From assembly GCF_006345805.1 (NCBI RefSeq), contig NW_021836499.1, positions 1 through 23,973 of the forward strand: 23,973 bases of DNA, read 5' to 3'. The DNA comes from Octopus sinensis. Lineage: Eukaryota. Shown here piece after piece: positions 1 through 10,857 of this stretch (positions are counted from its first letter, which is position 1; the number at the start of each line of letters is the position of its first letter). The notes beneath the pieces were generated by a model. The model searched no databases and was not told the origin of the DNA. It saw only the letters and a program-made list of their open reading frames with translations. The position numbers and the translations under genes are program-made.

Positions 1-19
1 CTTCTTAATCTTCCGCTTT

Positions 20-328
20 GTGGAGGTACATGGCCTAGTGGTTAGAGCAGCGGACTCGAGGTCGAGGGATCGCGGGTTCGAATCACAGACCGGGCGATGT
101 GTGTGTTTGTGAGCGAAACACCTAAGCTCCACGAGGCTCCGGCAGAAGGTAATGGCGAACTTCTGCTGACTCTTTCGCCACAACTTTCTCTCACCCTTTC
201 CTCCTGCATCTTGCAGCTCACCTGCGACGGTCTGGCGTCCCGTCCAGGTAGAGAACCTATACACCAAGGAAACCAGGAAACCGGTCCTTATGAGCCAGGT
301 ATCGCTTGAGAAGGAACAAACAAACAAA
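20..328 (+). mobile_element. tRNA-derived SINE (family D head, alternative 3' module, (CAAA)n tail)
   Basis: Pol III A box TGGCCTAGTGG and B box GGTTCGAATC. The first ~160 bp are similar to the copies at 6703 and 22270. The 3' part CCTGCGACGGTCTGGCGTCCCGTCCAGG resembles a conserved metazoan SINE central domain (V-like, from recall). Ends in AACAAACAAACAAA. Confidence 0.85.
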
Positions 329-529
329 TGTTCCTCTTTCTGGTGTCATTCGCGAGTAATCTTGATACTTCACAACAAATCTACATAGCCTCCCATTAAC
401 AAAAGTTTTGAAGTGATGGTCTATTTTCTTTCAGTGGCTCAAAAACACTATCGGTGATCATATGACAAAAAATATTATACATTACACTCCTTGATCGACA
501 AAATATGTTATTAAAACAATCGAACTCGT

Positions 530-990
530 TTCAAATACAAGGCCTGACTTACAAACTTTGATGATCCTTACTGGCAACTCTTCACGTATACCTTAGCTAA
601 AATTATATCCCAAAGACTAACGTTTCTTTACAGAAACAGAAACTGCTTCAACCTCGGTCAGTTGTTACTCTCTCTACTGCAAAACTGAAGTAAAACTCTC
701 TGGACTAGGTTGCTGCTACATTCACAAATATTTTGGGCCGCATCCAAAAGAAGGCCATCCGAATGATTGCCAAACACTCGCTCACCGATACACGACAATC
801 TTTAAGTCCATGCATACGCTTTCTCCATCAGCCGCTGTTACAATGGACTCTGTACGAGTTAGTTGCATATAACCTCCGCTCGATATAATCCATCTCTCCT
901 CTTTTCGTTACCTCTTAATGTGTCTCATCTTGCAGATCCCTCAGTATGCATTTTACCCAATCCTGCCCCGCACAACCACCATCAGAATGT
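530..990 (+). pseudogene. Decayed CR1/L2-clade LINE ORF2 C-terminal remnant
   Basis: Manual translation across stops and frameshifts gives SQRLTFLYRNRNCFNLGQLLL, LGRIQKKAIRMI (from 733) and RCYNGLC. These match the recalled post-RT region of CR1-like ORF2 (ASQRLxFLxRxRxxFxxxQLLxLYK ... LDRIQRKAIRLI ... YRYYxGLCS). Confidence 0.7.
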
Positions 991-1502
991 CAATAGATAT
1001 TCAAACTGAACATCAATTCAATTTTTCTCTTCTCCTATTTTGCACACAAATGTGTTCCGGTCCAGGGGTCTAATGGTATACCTTAGTGGAAAGCTGGAAG
1101 CTTTTCCCCATACAATTTACATATATAAGAGGGATACATTGAATAGGATAAAATAAATGGGCTTTTTTCAATGCGTAATTTTTTTGTTTATGATTGTTGT
1201 AATTTGTCGTCAAATAGATTTTCATTTTTATTTTATTTTATCATTTCGGTATCAACAGCATTTTTTAAGGATATGTGCTTTTACATATCATCTCCTTTTA
1301 ATGCGTTCAAAACTATTTATGCCTCGTAAAAATCACAGATACAAATTTTATAATTTATTCCTTCAGATAAAGGTTTTATTGTGCATGTAATTTCAATCGG
1401 ACATTATATGTAAAATACACAATTTTTTTTAAAAAGCATATTGTAATTTTTGATAAGATACTTGTTTTAATATCGATTTATAAGCTTATTGTTTCCCTCT
1501 AC

Positions 1503-1628
1503 TAAATTCACTCACAAGGCATTGATTGGTCTGGGGCTATAGTAGAAGACACTTGATCAATGTGCCGTATTGTAGGACTGAACCCGAAACCGTGCAGTTA
1601 CAAAACGAGCTCCTTAACCACATAACCC
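1503..1628 (-). mobile_element. Diverged 5' fragment of SINE family A
   Basis: ACTCACAAGG...GCTATAGTAGAAGACACTTG...GGACTGAACCC is the reverse complement of the family A head. Confidence 0.8.
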
Positions 1629-1639
1629 AAAATAAAACA

Positions 1640-3030
1640 TTACTTCCTATAAGATATCACAATAGTCGAATAGGTACCAGCATACACGACTGGAGAAACA
1701 TTAATAACCTCCACGGTTCCTGAGATTCTTACAACGGTCCTTAGAGAACATACAGATATTTGAAAATCGGTTCCTTTCAATAATAATTCTATATCGGCCA
1801 GATTAATGAAATGGGGACGGATAACGACAACCAGTTGTACTTGTAATTCCAAAACACTGATTTTCGTATACAGCTCGATGAATTTAACTGTACAAGGCAA
1901 TGAGGCTTTATTAGTGGCATATCATCGGGAAAATCTGCAAAGAATGCTTTTTCTGTAAATCGTTGGTGCATGATACAAGATAAAACAATTTTTCAAGTAT
2001 TAAAAATTCGCCTTGAAAATAACAATGCCCCTCTTCAACAATAGGATATTGTGTGCAACTGATGGTGCGCCATCTTGGACAGGTCATCAAGCTAGTCTAA
2101 TGTCTTACATAAGAAAGGAAATATCCAATCTATTCGAAAAACCATTGTGCAATTCATCGCCAATACTTTATCAAGCTTAACAAGCAGAAGATTTTTGTCG
2201 TTTATGCTATTAACAAAATCAAATCCAAGGTGTTAAATACTTGGCTATTTCTTCCAAGTTACGTGAACCGAACTGTGAACATTTTTAAAGACTGAAGTTC
2301 AATGGTTGTCATTAATGTTTGAAACGCTTTTCCCAGCTTTGCAACATCGTATTTGAATTTTTACTTATAAAAAATCATGATGACCGCCTAAAAGACATTG
2401 ACGCTTATTTGTAGAGATTTGGCTTGTTTAGTTGATATTTAGTTGATATTTACGTTCAATTTTAATCCAGTACTCTTGAAGAAATACCAGCAGCTTTTGT
2501 AAATAAAATTTTATTGTACACGTAAAACCGCTAGGAAGTTCTGTCCGTTACAAGCTATGAAAAATATTTTGTGATCATTTAGTGATGCTAATAGGAGGAC
2601 CTACTGTGCACATCAATGCAACTGAGCGATGACTTGAAGATAAAATTTAATGATTTGATTAAACTGAAGATTCTTGACTCGGTTAGAAAAATCCCTCAGC
2701 ATTTGAAGGTAGAACCGAACAAAAACGAAAAAAAAATACTGAATTTGCAGGAGACTATCGCTAAATTAAAAAATGCCAAAGTTGATTTCTGACAATCAAA
2801 GCTTGTGATTAACGCAGTTTGAATTTCCCTTTATTGTAGAATGAAGCCAAGCTACATTTTTGTGTTATTCCGTGATCTTATCAAATGGAGAAAGGTTTTA
2901 GTGCAATAACCCAAAATTTTGATCAAGTATAGAAACCGAATGACAGTACTATATTGTGGCGGTTAAAGATTTCTTTTCATTTAAATTGGAATAAAGCATT
3001 GCTAAACCTGCCGCTGGTCATCATCTTAAT
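1640..3030 (+). pseudogene. Fossil hAT transposase, Buster/Charlie (ZBED5/SCAND3-like) type
   Basis: Collinear motifs across many stops and frameshifts: HTTGETLI, INEMGTD...FRIQLDE, NEALLVAY, CATDGAPSWTG, HCAIHRQ (CxxH), INKIKS, TEVQWLS, MEKGFSAIT. No convincing TIRs remain. Confidence 0.85.
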
Positions 3031-3811
3031 GAACAGGTATCACATTATGAACAATATCTACAACCTTAATTATGCTTATTTTAATTATATTGCTAAATAA
3101 CGTGTTTTCTCAATATTTTTCTTATTTTTAATCATATTAATAAGCAATGTACATTTATAGGTAAAATATGCAACAACGTCATGGAATGAGAGTTAATTAG
3201 GTTATAAACGTGAATTTATTAATATTATTAATATTAATATTATTAATGAATTCACTGCTTAGTTCTTGGTCAACGTGATAGAGCACATCTTTGATCAAAG
3301 ACATTCCAGTGTGTTAGATTATATTCGACTCACGTGGAAAAAATCTGAAACGAACTCCATATTCAGAGAGATAACTGAGATTAACAGCTCCTCCGTTTGA
3401 TGAGAGATGTGTGTTAGGAAATGAGTGACACGACGACGAAAGAGATCAAATGGTGCGTAGCAAAGAGGGGATGTTGAAAGGTTGGCAATCCTATGTTGTC
3501 TAGTTCCGTATCATTAATAATTTACAGTTGGTCCACACTCCCGTATGACTCAACAATCATAACAGTTATGACACCGTTATAGTAGTTAACGTTTATTAAT
3601 TCTGTATAGCATTATTTAATGTTTATCGGAATTCTACTTGTTTGACAGACAAGTGGAGTTTGAAACACCCGAGGCTTATAAAAGCTCGCCATTAACTGAA
3701 TTTGAAAAGATGCGGTGGAATTAGGTCAGCGGCCATGTACCAAAAGTGTGACGAAACTTTTTGGTACTTCGTAACAGACAGTATATAGAGTAATAAATCA
3801 AAAGTGAAAGT

Positions 3812-4231
3812 AGAAGTGGCTGTGTGGTAAGTAGCTTGCTTACCAACCACATGGTTCCGGGTTCAGTCCCATTACGTGGCACCTTCGGCAAGTGTCTTCT
3901 ACTATAGCCTCGGGTCGACCAAAGCCTTGTGAGTGGATTTGGTAGACTGAAACTGAAAGAAGCCCGTCGTATATATGTATATATATATATGTATGTGTGT
4001 GTATATATGTTTGTGTGTCTGTGTTTGTCCCCCCAACATCGCTTGACAACTGATGCTGGTGTGTTTACGTCCCCGTAATTTAGCGATTCGGCAAAAGAGA
4101 ACCGATAGAATAAGTACTAGGGTTACAAAGAATAAGTCCTGGGGTCGATTTGCTCGACTAACGGCGGTGCTTCAGCATGGCCACAGTCAAATGACTGAAA
4201 CAAGTAAAAGCGTAAAAGAGAGTAAAGAGTA
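3812..4231 (+). mobile_element. SINE family A, full length
   Basis: A box TGGCTGTGTGG, B box GGTTCAGTCCC, CORE-like CCTTxGGCAAG motif, internal (TA)n(TG)n, 3' module GATAGAATAAGTACT...GGGGTCGATTTGCTCGACT, and a (GAGTAAA)n-like tail. Confidence 0.95.
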
Positions 4232-4304
4232 ATGGTTTTTGTGCGTGTTATTAATGGCTAAAATGACTCTTCAGTGATGTAAGCGGTCATCGTTAATGTA
4301 ACAA

Positions 4305-4503
4305 CACGTCATTAGCGCGACGAACAAAATGCTTAGCGGCATTTTTTTCCCGCTCTTTACATTCTGAACTCAAATTCCATCGAGGTCGATTTTGCCTCTC
4401 GTTGGGATCGATAAAATAACTATCAGTTGACTACTGGGGTCGATGCAATCGATTAGGCCTTTCTCCTCCCAAAATTATTGGCCCTGTATCAAAATTTGAA
4501 ACC
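4305..4503 (+). mobile_element. Diverged SINE family B fragment
   Basis: AAATGCTTAGCGGCATTT...CAAATTCC..CGAGGTCGA...CTGGGGTCGATG.AATCGA, similar to the copies at 7458 and 7705. Confidence 0.75.
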
Positions 4504-4639
4504 GTCGTTGATTTGCTATCTCTGAAATATTTCACAAAGCAAAGAAAACGGACAAAAGAGAAGAAGGAAGAGCCCATTTGTCTGACTCCTTGACTACGCA
4601 CCTTCTCGGTTATGATTTGCATTGATAAAAACAAAAAAA

Positions 4640-5018
4640 ATATTGGTGCAAGCTTGGCTCCCTGACGATGTGTTTACATGTTCAGTTCCCTTGCATGGCA
4701 CCTAAGGCAAGTCTCTTTTACAGCAGCCACAGACTAACCAATACCTTGTGAATGAATCTGGTAGATGGAAACTGTGTGGAAGACCATCGTATATAAGTGT
4801 GTATATGTGAGTCCGTTTATATATTTGTTGAACACTACCTGACAACTGTCGTTGGTTTGGTTACGTCCCCATAACCTCGCACTTCGCGGAAAAAAGAAAC
4901 CTATAAAAATAAGTACTAAGGCTTAAATAAGTAGTGGGGTCGATTTGATCGACAAATACCCCGAAGATGGTGTCCCAGCATAGCAGCAGTTCAATAATTG
5001 AAACGAGTAAAAGAATAA
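4640..5018 (+). mobile_element. Old diverged family A-like SINE
   Basis: Same module order as family A (GGCACCT..GGCAAG, GGTAGATGGAAACTG, AATAAGTACT, GGGGTCGATTTG, GAAACGAGTAAAAGAATA), with many substitutions. Confidence 0.8.
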
Positions 5019-5033
5019 AAAAAAATTAAACAT

Positions 5034-5450
5034 AGGCGCAGGAGTGGCTGTGTGGTAAGTAGCTTGTTTACCAACCACATGATCCCGGGTTCAGTCCCAC
5101 TGCGTGGCACCTTGGGCAAGTGTCTTCTACTATAGCCTCGGGCCGACCAAAGCCTTGTGAGTGGATTTGGTAGACGGAAACTGAAAGAAGCCCGTCGTAT
5201 ATATGTATATATATATATGCGTGTCTGTGTTTGTGTGTATGTGTTTGTCCCCCTGGCATTGCTTGACAACCGATGCTGGTGTGTTTATGTCTCTGTTACT
5301 TAGCGGTTTGGCAAAAGAGACCGATAGAATAAGTACTGGGCTTACAAAAGAATAAGTCCCGGGGTCGAGTTGCTCGATTAAAGGCGTTGCTCCAGCATGG
5401 CCGCAGTCAGATGACTGAAACAAGTAAAAGAGTAAAAGAGTAAAGAGTAA
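5034..5450 (+). mobile_element. SINE family A, full length
   Basis: AGGCGCAGGAGTGGCTGTGTGG head through to a GAGTAAAAGAGTAAAGAGTAA tail. Confidence 0.95.
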
Positions 5451-5585
5451 GCTGGCAGAATCGTTACCGCGCCAGAGAAAATGGTTAGCATTTCTCCCGG
5501 CTTTACGTTCTGCTTTCGAATTCTCTAGAACTTGATTTTTCAACGGTAGTGCCCCAGCATGGCCGCAACTTTCGAGCTGAAACAT
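5451..5585 (+). mobile_element. Diverged SINE fragment (family B-like head, family A-like tail motif)
   Basis: GCTGGCAGAATCGTTA..GCGCC head motif and CCAGCATGGCCGCA...CTGAAAC tail motif. Confidence 0.6.
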
Positions 5586-5909
5586 TTTTTAAGGATTTAA
5601 GGATTTATTTAATAAAATTCCGAGAATTTAATAACTTTGTGTGTCGTGAAGAGAGGAAAATACCATCCATCCATCCATCACATCTCTCCTTTCCCTGCTC
5701 CTTGCAATATAATTCACCTCATTTTGTGACACTTGACCTTATTCAGTTGAATAAATTTTACTGAGAGCGATTTAAATTTCTCAATTACTTAGGCGCGGAA
5801 TAAATAACGGAGATGGACAACTGGATCTGATTCACCAGTTCGATATAAATTTTACCTTATTGCTAAGACGATTTATCTCTCAGAGCTAATGTCACTCTGT
5901 ATTTGTTCG

Positions 5910-6200
5910 CGTACCGACACACGCACGCAAGTCTGGGCAAGGTTGTTTTTATGGAAGGCCAGCAGTCGCCCATGCATACCAGCCTCCCCTCTCCACGCCA
6001 CCAGTGTTATCCAAGGGAAAGACAAAGGTCGATACAGCTTGGCACAGTGACGTCGCAACTCATTTCTACAGCTGAGTGAACTGGAGCAACGTGAAATAAA
6101 GTGCCTTGCACGAGAACACAACACGCGCCCGGTCCGGGATTCGAGCTCACACCTCACGATCGTAAGCTCGACGCTCTAACCACTGAGCCATGCGCCTCCT

Positions 6201-6203
<3 letters not shown>
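5910..6203 (-). mobile_element. tRNA-derived SINE family C
   Basis: The reverse complement reads GGAGGCGCATGGCTCAGTGGTTAGAGCG (A box)...TCGAATCCCGG (B box)...CAAGGCACTTTATTTCACGTTGCTCCAGTTCACTCAGCTGTAGAAATGAG (CORE-like, from recall). Confidence 0.85.
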
Positions 6204-6204
<1 letters not shown>

Positions 6205-6244
<40 letters not shown>

Positions 6245-6412
6245 ATCCACACACATACGTATGTATATATATACATATATATATATATATGTATATATAT
6301 TTTATTATATATATATGTATATATATATATATATATATATAGAGAAGAGAGAGAGAGAGAGAGAGAGTGAAAGAGAGAGAGAGGGTGAAAGAGAGAGAGA
6401 GAGAGAGAGAAG
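6205..6412. repeat. Compound (TA)n + (GA)n microsatellite
   Basis: Seen directly in the sequence. Confidence 0.97.
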
Positions 6413-6414
6413 AG

Positions 6415-6610
6415 TTCAAATTTACAAAAAGCAAAAGACGAAGACAGGTGAAGGAACAATAAGCTGGTGTATTGGTTTGACGCTTAGGAAGACTGGAAAA
6501 GTCTTTGACAATTCCATCCTACTCTCTTTGATAGAAAGGGATAAGAGGAAAAAAATGGGGAGAGAACGATAAAACGGAGAAAGAACGAAAGAAAGGAGAG
6601 AGAAAAAAAT
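6415..6610. mobile_element. Possible decayed Penelope-like terminal (pLTR) fragment
   Basis: ACAAAAAGCAAAAGACGAAGACAGGTG...TGTATTGGTTTGACGCT...AAAGTCTTT resembles an octopus interspersed repeat recalled to carry a hammerhead-like core. The core is degenerate here. Confidence 0.35.
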
Positions 6611-6702
6611 TGTGTACGGATTAACGGTTTAGGCAAATAAAAGATAGGAAAAAAATCAACAAACGTCTATTAGACGTACATGGTGAATATATTAGAATAA
6701 CG

Positions 6703-7089
6703 TGGAGGCGCAATGGCCCAGTGGTTAGGGCAGCGGATTCGCGGTCATAGGATCGCGGTTTCGATTCCCAGACCGGGCGTTGTGAGTGTTTATTGAGCGA
6801 AAACACCTAAAGCTCCACGACGCTCCGGCAGGGGATGGTAGTGATCCCTGCTGTACTCTTTCACCACAACTTTCTCTCACTCTTACTTCCTGTTTCTGTT
6901 GTACCTGTATTTCAAAGGGCCGGCCTTGTCACTCTCTGTGTCACGCTGAATATCCCCGAGAACTACGTTAAGGGTACACGTGTCTGTGGAGTGCTCAGCC
7001 ACTTACACGTTAATTTCACGAGCAGGCTGTTCCGTTGATTCGGATCAACCGGAACCCTCATCGTCGTAACCGACGGAGTGCTTCCTTCC
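6703..7089 (+). mobile_element. SINE family D, full length, with 12-bp TSD
   Basis: A and B boxes present. TSD ATTAGAATAACG at 6691-6702 and 7090-7101. Highly similar to the copy at 22270-22654. Confidence 0.95.
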
Positions 7090-7457
7090 ATTAGAATAAC
7101 GCTCACTGAAAGTTTAAGATGGAAAATAGAAGTGGAAATGTGACGTTTTGAACATGGCTCTTCGTCGAAAAGAGGGAAAAATTTTGAGATAACGAAACGG
7201 AGGAAGGAACAGAAAGGCCGAGACAAGCCAAATACATTAGTTAAAATGCTCTTGTAAATATGCGGAGGATGCGAATTTTCTTCTTGAGAAAGGTGTGAAA
7301 GAGTCTCTTTTGTGTAACCCGTGTGATCGTGTCTGCTTCCCAAAGACAAGTGTACACAGCCATAAGCATGGTCACGAAGGCAACCTCGTCAACCAATGTG
7401 GTATCTAGAATGTTCTCTCGTGCGCTTTGTGCAGCAGAGTGTATGGTTTAGCCAGTG

Positions 7458-7693
7458 GGCGGCGAGCTGGCAGAAACGTTAGCACGCCGGGCGAAATGCT
7501 TAGCGGTATTTCGTCTGCGTTACGTTGTGAGTTCAAATTCCGCCGAGGTCGACTTTGCCTTTCATCCTTTCGGGGTCGATAAATTAAGTACCAGTTACGC
7601 ACTGGGGTCGATATAATCGACTTAATACCTATGTCTGTCCATGTTTGTCCCCTCTGTGTTTAGCCCCTTGTGGGTAATAAAGAAATAGGTATT
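7458..7693 (+). mobile_element. SINE family B, copy 1 of a head-to-tail pair
   Basis: GGCGGCGAGCTGGCAGAAACGTTAGC head, GTTCAAATTCC B box, central GTCGACTTTGCCTTTCATCCTTTCGGGGTCGATAAATTAAGTACCAG domain, and AAAGAAATAGGTATT 3' end. Confidence 0.92.
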
Positions 7694-7704
7694 GTAAATC
7701 CCAA

Positions 7705-7946
7705 GGCGGCGAGCTGGCAGAATCGTTAGCACGCCAGGCGAAATGCGTAGCCGTATTTCGTCTGTCGTTACGTTCTCAGTTCAAATTCCGCCGAGGTCGA
7801 CTTTACCTTTCATCCTTTCGGGGTCGATTAAATAAGTGCCAGTTACACACTGGGGTCAATATAATCGACTTAATCCGTTTGTCTGTCCTTGTTTGTTTGT
7901 CCCCTCTGTGTTTAAACCCCTTGTGGGTAGTAAAGAAATAGGTATT
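7705..7946 (+). mobile_element. SINE family B, copy 2 of a head-to-tail pair
   Basis: Same structure as copy 1 with several differences (e.g. GCGTAGCCG versus GCTTAGCGG). Flanked on both sides by GTAAATCCCAA (7694-7704 and 7947-7957). Confidence 0.92.
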
Positions 7947-8325
7947 GTAAATCCCAACATCCAGATGGTCGGGTTGTTGCTGGGGAAGGTGAGCTGACTT
8001 GTAGTTTGTATGGAATGACTAGTAGGTATCCCTTGCAAGCCTTAAAGGCCACATGAGACGTCATCAGTAATGGTTAATCGTTAGATGTTTCTTTAAGTAA
8101 AATGAGTTTAAAAATTGATCTTCCTTGGTTACGAATTTCACCATTTGTGTGTGTGTATACACATAAACAAATGAAGTATTCAATACTTAAAGAAGAGTTT
8201 GATGTCAGCAACTTACAGACCCCGTTTTACTATTTATTATTTATTGTTGTTTTAATTTTTCTTAGTTGGAAGCAAAGCAATTTTCTATACAAATGTTGAT
8301 TTGCACGCAAATTGCAAATATCAGA

Positions 8326-8410
8326 TCTCTCTCTCTTTCTCGCTCTCTCTTTCTCTCCCTCTCACTCCCTGTCTCTCTCTCCTTCTTTTCTCTCCCCCCC
8401 TCTCTCTCTC
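8326..8410. repeat. (CT)n microsatellite
   Basis: Seen directly in the sequence. Confidence 0.95.
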
Positions 8411-8571
8411 GAAAACTGACAATAAAAATGTTACGAACCTTAAAGATTGTAAGTTTTGGTGATTTTGGCCAGTCAAAAGCTTCCATTATCGAAATACTGG
8501 AAATCGCAATTGCCATATGATGACGACATTATGGGGAGCGTCGTGATGCCTTTTATATGTAAATGAATAAG

Positions 8572-8602
8572 TAAAGAAAGAAAGAAAGAAAAAGGAACGA
8601 AA

Positions 8603-8647
<45 letters not shown>

Positions 8648-8676
8648 GAAGGAAGAACGAAAGAAAGAACGAACGA

Positions 8677-8724
<48 letters not shown>

Positions 8725-8850
8725 AAAGAAGGAAGGAAGGAAGGAAGAACGAAAAAAAGAAAGAAAGAAAGAAAAAAAGAAAGTAAGGAAGGAAGGAAGG
8801 AAGAACGAAAGAAAGAAAGAAAGAAAGAAGAGAAAAGAATGAAAGAAAGA
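8572..8850. repeat. (GAAA)n/(GGAA)n polypurine tract
   Basis: Seen directly in the sequence. Confidence 0.97.
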
Positions 8851-8860
8851 ATATTAAAGC

Positions 8861-8940
8861 GGGGTTAGGATTAGGGTTTAGGGTTGAGAGTACGGGTTTA
8901 GGTTAGGACACGGTTGAGGTTTAGGTTAGGGGTTAGGTTA
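8861..8940 (+). repeat. Degenerate TTAGGG/TTAGG telomere-like tract
   Basis: GGGGTTAGGATTAGGGTTTAGGGTT...TTTAGGTTAGG...TTTAGGTTAGGGGTTAGGTTA. Confidence 0.7.
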
Positions 8941-9712
8941 TATGTTAAGTAGATCGCAAAAATTCTTTGCAAGAATTAATTTGCTTTACCTTCTTTCATT
9001 ACATATTTTCATCTTTGCATGTTTTCTGACATTTTTATTATTACATTGAAACGATTTTTCTCAAAAAAATAGCAAGTCGTGATTTTCCTTAGGCGCGAAA
9101 TAACATAGCGATTGCGTTGTGTTGAATGGATGGATCTGATTGGTTATTTTACCAAAAAATTCAGTCTTTAAACAAACATTATAAGGCTTTTATATTATTA
9201 ATTTCTCCAAAATATTAATGCGATTTTCGTAATTAGCATGCAAAATTACATTTGTAAGGAAAATTTCAAAATATATTGTTTTCTAAAGTCAAACAGAAAA
9301 GATCCTAACTAGAATTCAAACATTTATTATTCTGAGTTTGACATCGTTGTTTTCGATACGACTAAGAGTTCTGTTATAAATTATAGGCTTATATAAGTAT
9401 TAAATATTTGATTAAAAGAATGCTTTTTAAAACTACTCATAGTGTAAAATTTATCATTTAAAATATTTAGCTGAAGGTGTTTAGGTATAAGAATGGAAAA
9501 GCGGTAGAGCAAATGTAACCGTGAGACAAAGAGAAAGTGAAAGTAGAGAGAGACAAAAGAAGAGAAGAAAAGAATTAGAAAAATACAAAGGAATACAAAG
9601 ATGGAGGGGGACAAAAAGGGAAAAGAATAAGGAAAGAATAGAGAGAAAGAGAGAGAGAATAAAGAGAGAAGAATTAGTGAGATAACATTAAATACTATTA
9701 GTTACGATAGTG

Positions 9713-10141
9713 TTACTCTCTTTTTTTTTACTCTTTTACTTGTTTCAGTCATTTGAATGTGGCCATGCTGGAGCACCGCCTTTTTTTTTTTAGTCGAGCA
9801 AATCGACCCCAGGACTTATTCTTTGTAAGCCTAGTACTTATTCTATCGGTCTCTTTTGCCGAACCGCTAAGTTACGGGGAGGTAAACACGCCAGCATCGG
9901 TTGTCAAGCGATGTTGAGGAGGAGAAACACAAACACACAAACATATATACACACAAACATACATATATATATATACATATATACGACAGGCTTCTTTCAG
10001 TTTCCGTCTACCAAATCCACTCACAAGGCTTTGGTCGGCCCGAAGCTATAGTAGAAGACACTTGCCCAAGGTGCCACGCAGTGGGACTGAACCCGGAACC
10101 ATGTGGTTGGTAGACAGGCTACTTACCACACAGCCACTCCT
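9713..10141 (-). mobile_element. SINE family A, full length
   Basis: Reverse complement of the family A tail through to the head (CTTACCACACAGCCACTCC). Confidence 0.95.
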
Positions 10142-10258
10142 GGAGAAAACATATTTTATGAGGGGAGAGTGTGAACGCGAGCAACAATAAAGTGCGGGGT
10201 TCATAATTATATATGGTACTGAGGCAGATCCAGCTACAAAACCCGGATTTAAAACACT

Positions 10259-10311
10259 GGATGATGATGATGATGATGATGATGACTTTGATGGTGATGA
10301 TGATGATGATG
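10259..10311. repeat. (GAT)n trinucleotide repeat
   Basis: Seen directly in the sequence. Confidence 0.95.
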
Positions 10312-10489
10312 AAGTAGAGGCCCAAATGGAAAGTGAAAGACGCAGGGAAGAGTAAAGAACATTTTTAGATATTGCGTTTAGCTTAAACACGCCTCTAAAC
10401 ATTGTCTTTGTAGAAAGCCACATGAAAAAATTTGGTATACGTAAAATCCTCCAATCATCTTCCCGTTGTCTTGAGAAACTTGATACACA

Positions 10490-10795
10490 ACCATGCAAAT
10501 GTAATATCGTCTACCTTAATCCGCCGTGCAGCTTTCGTGTGGCATTTGATATTGTCCCAACTTGTACAAAATATTTTCTAGTTGGTTACAGGTACCACGA
10601 AATCTCTTCTAAGAACTCCATGAAAATTAACTACAACTGTACTAGTGACATAAAAAATCTGATTTCAAGAATCAACAGAGGAAATTACAATAGCGGCTTT
10701 CTATTATTTAAGCAAATCCAATGCAACTGTGAAAAGATCACCTCGGACGTACTTGGCAGTAAATATCTAGTATTTCGTCAGGCGAAAAGTTTTTA
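10490..10795 (+). pseudogene. Penelope-like element coding remnant 1 (post-RT thumb/linker region)
   Basis: Within ORF 10422-10796: NIVYLNPP...YHEISSKNSMKINYNCTSDIKNLISRINR...CNC. This matches the recalled PLE pattern NIIWFNPP...YHKIFNKNTxKxSYSCxxNIKxIISxHN...CNC. Confidence 0.65.
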
Positions 10796-10857
10796 ACTGT
10801 GCATCACCATGCTATGACAAAGCCTAGAAAGGCGGTGGTTTCCAAGAGGACATACAA

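Noticed and set aside
20-95. tRNA-like sequences with A and B boxes at SINE heads
   Set aside because: They lack a complete cloverleaf and acceptor stem and continue into SINE bodies, so they are not tRNA genes.
1063-1071. CAGGGGTCT as a possible left TIR of the hAT fossil
   Set aside because: No matching inverted copy or 8-bp TSD was found downstream of the transposase.
3736-3768. Small hairpin GTACCAAAAGT...ACTTTTTGGTAC
   Set aside because: It is short, AT-rich and isolated, and bacterial-style terminator logic does not apply here.
3840-5269. Recurrent ORFs such as MSSDVGGTNTDTQ...DGLLSVSVYQIHSQGFGRPEAIVEDTC and RRASFSFRLPNPLTRLWSARG (also at 9901, 15128, 16266, 20253)
   Set aside because: These are translations of SINE family A in various frames. 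They recur because the SINE recurs, and they are not genes.
6101-6572. ORFs rich in YIYI, RERE or SLSL (also 12763-13093, 14551-14938, 17697-18019, 19288-19581, 21421-21828)
   Set aside because: They are microsatellite read-through.
8061-8067. Other CUGANGA boxes (e.g. ~2663, ~4268, ~8061, ~10776, ~13120, ~14469, ~17293, ~17723)
   Set aside because: None has a downstream stem II + GAAA + NUH arrangement, so they are treated as chance 7-mers.
10185-10355. Acidic frame GTEADPATKPGFKTLDDDD...EVEAQMESERRREE* and the opposite-strand 150-aa poly-Ser ORF
   Set aside because: Both are driven by a (GAT)n repeat. There is no start codon or good splice acceptor for the acidic frame and no recognisable homology.
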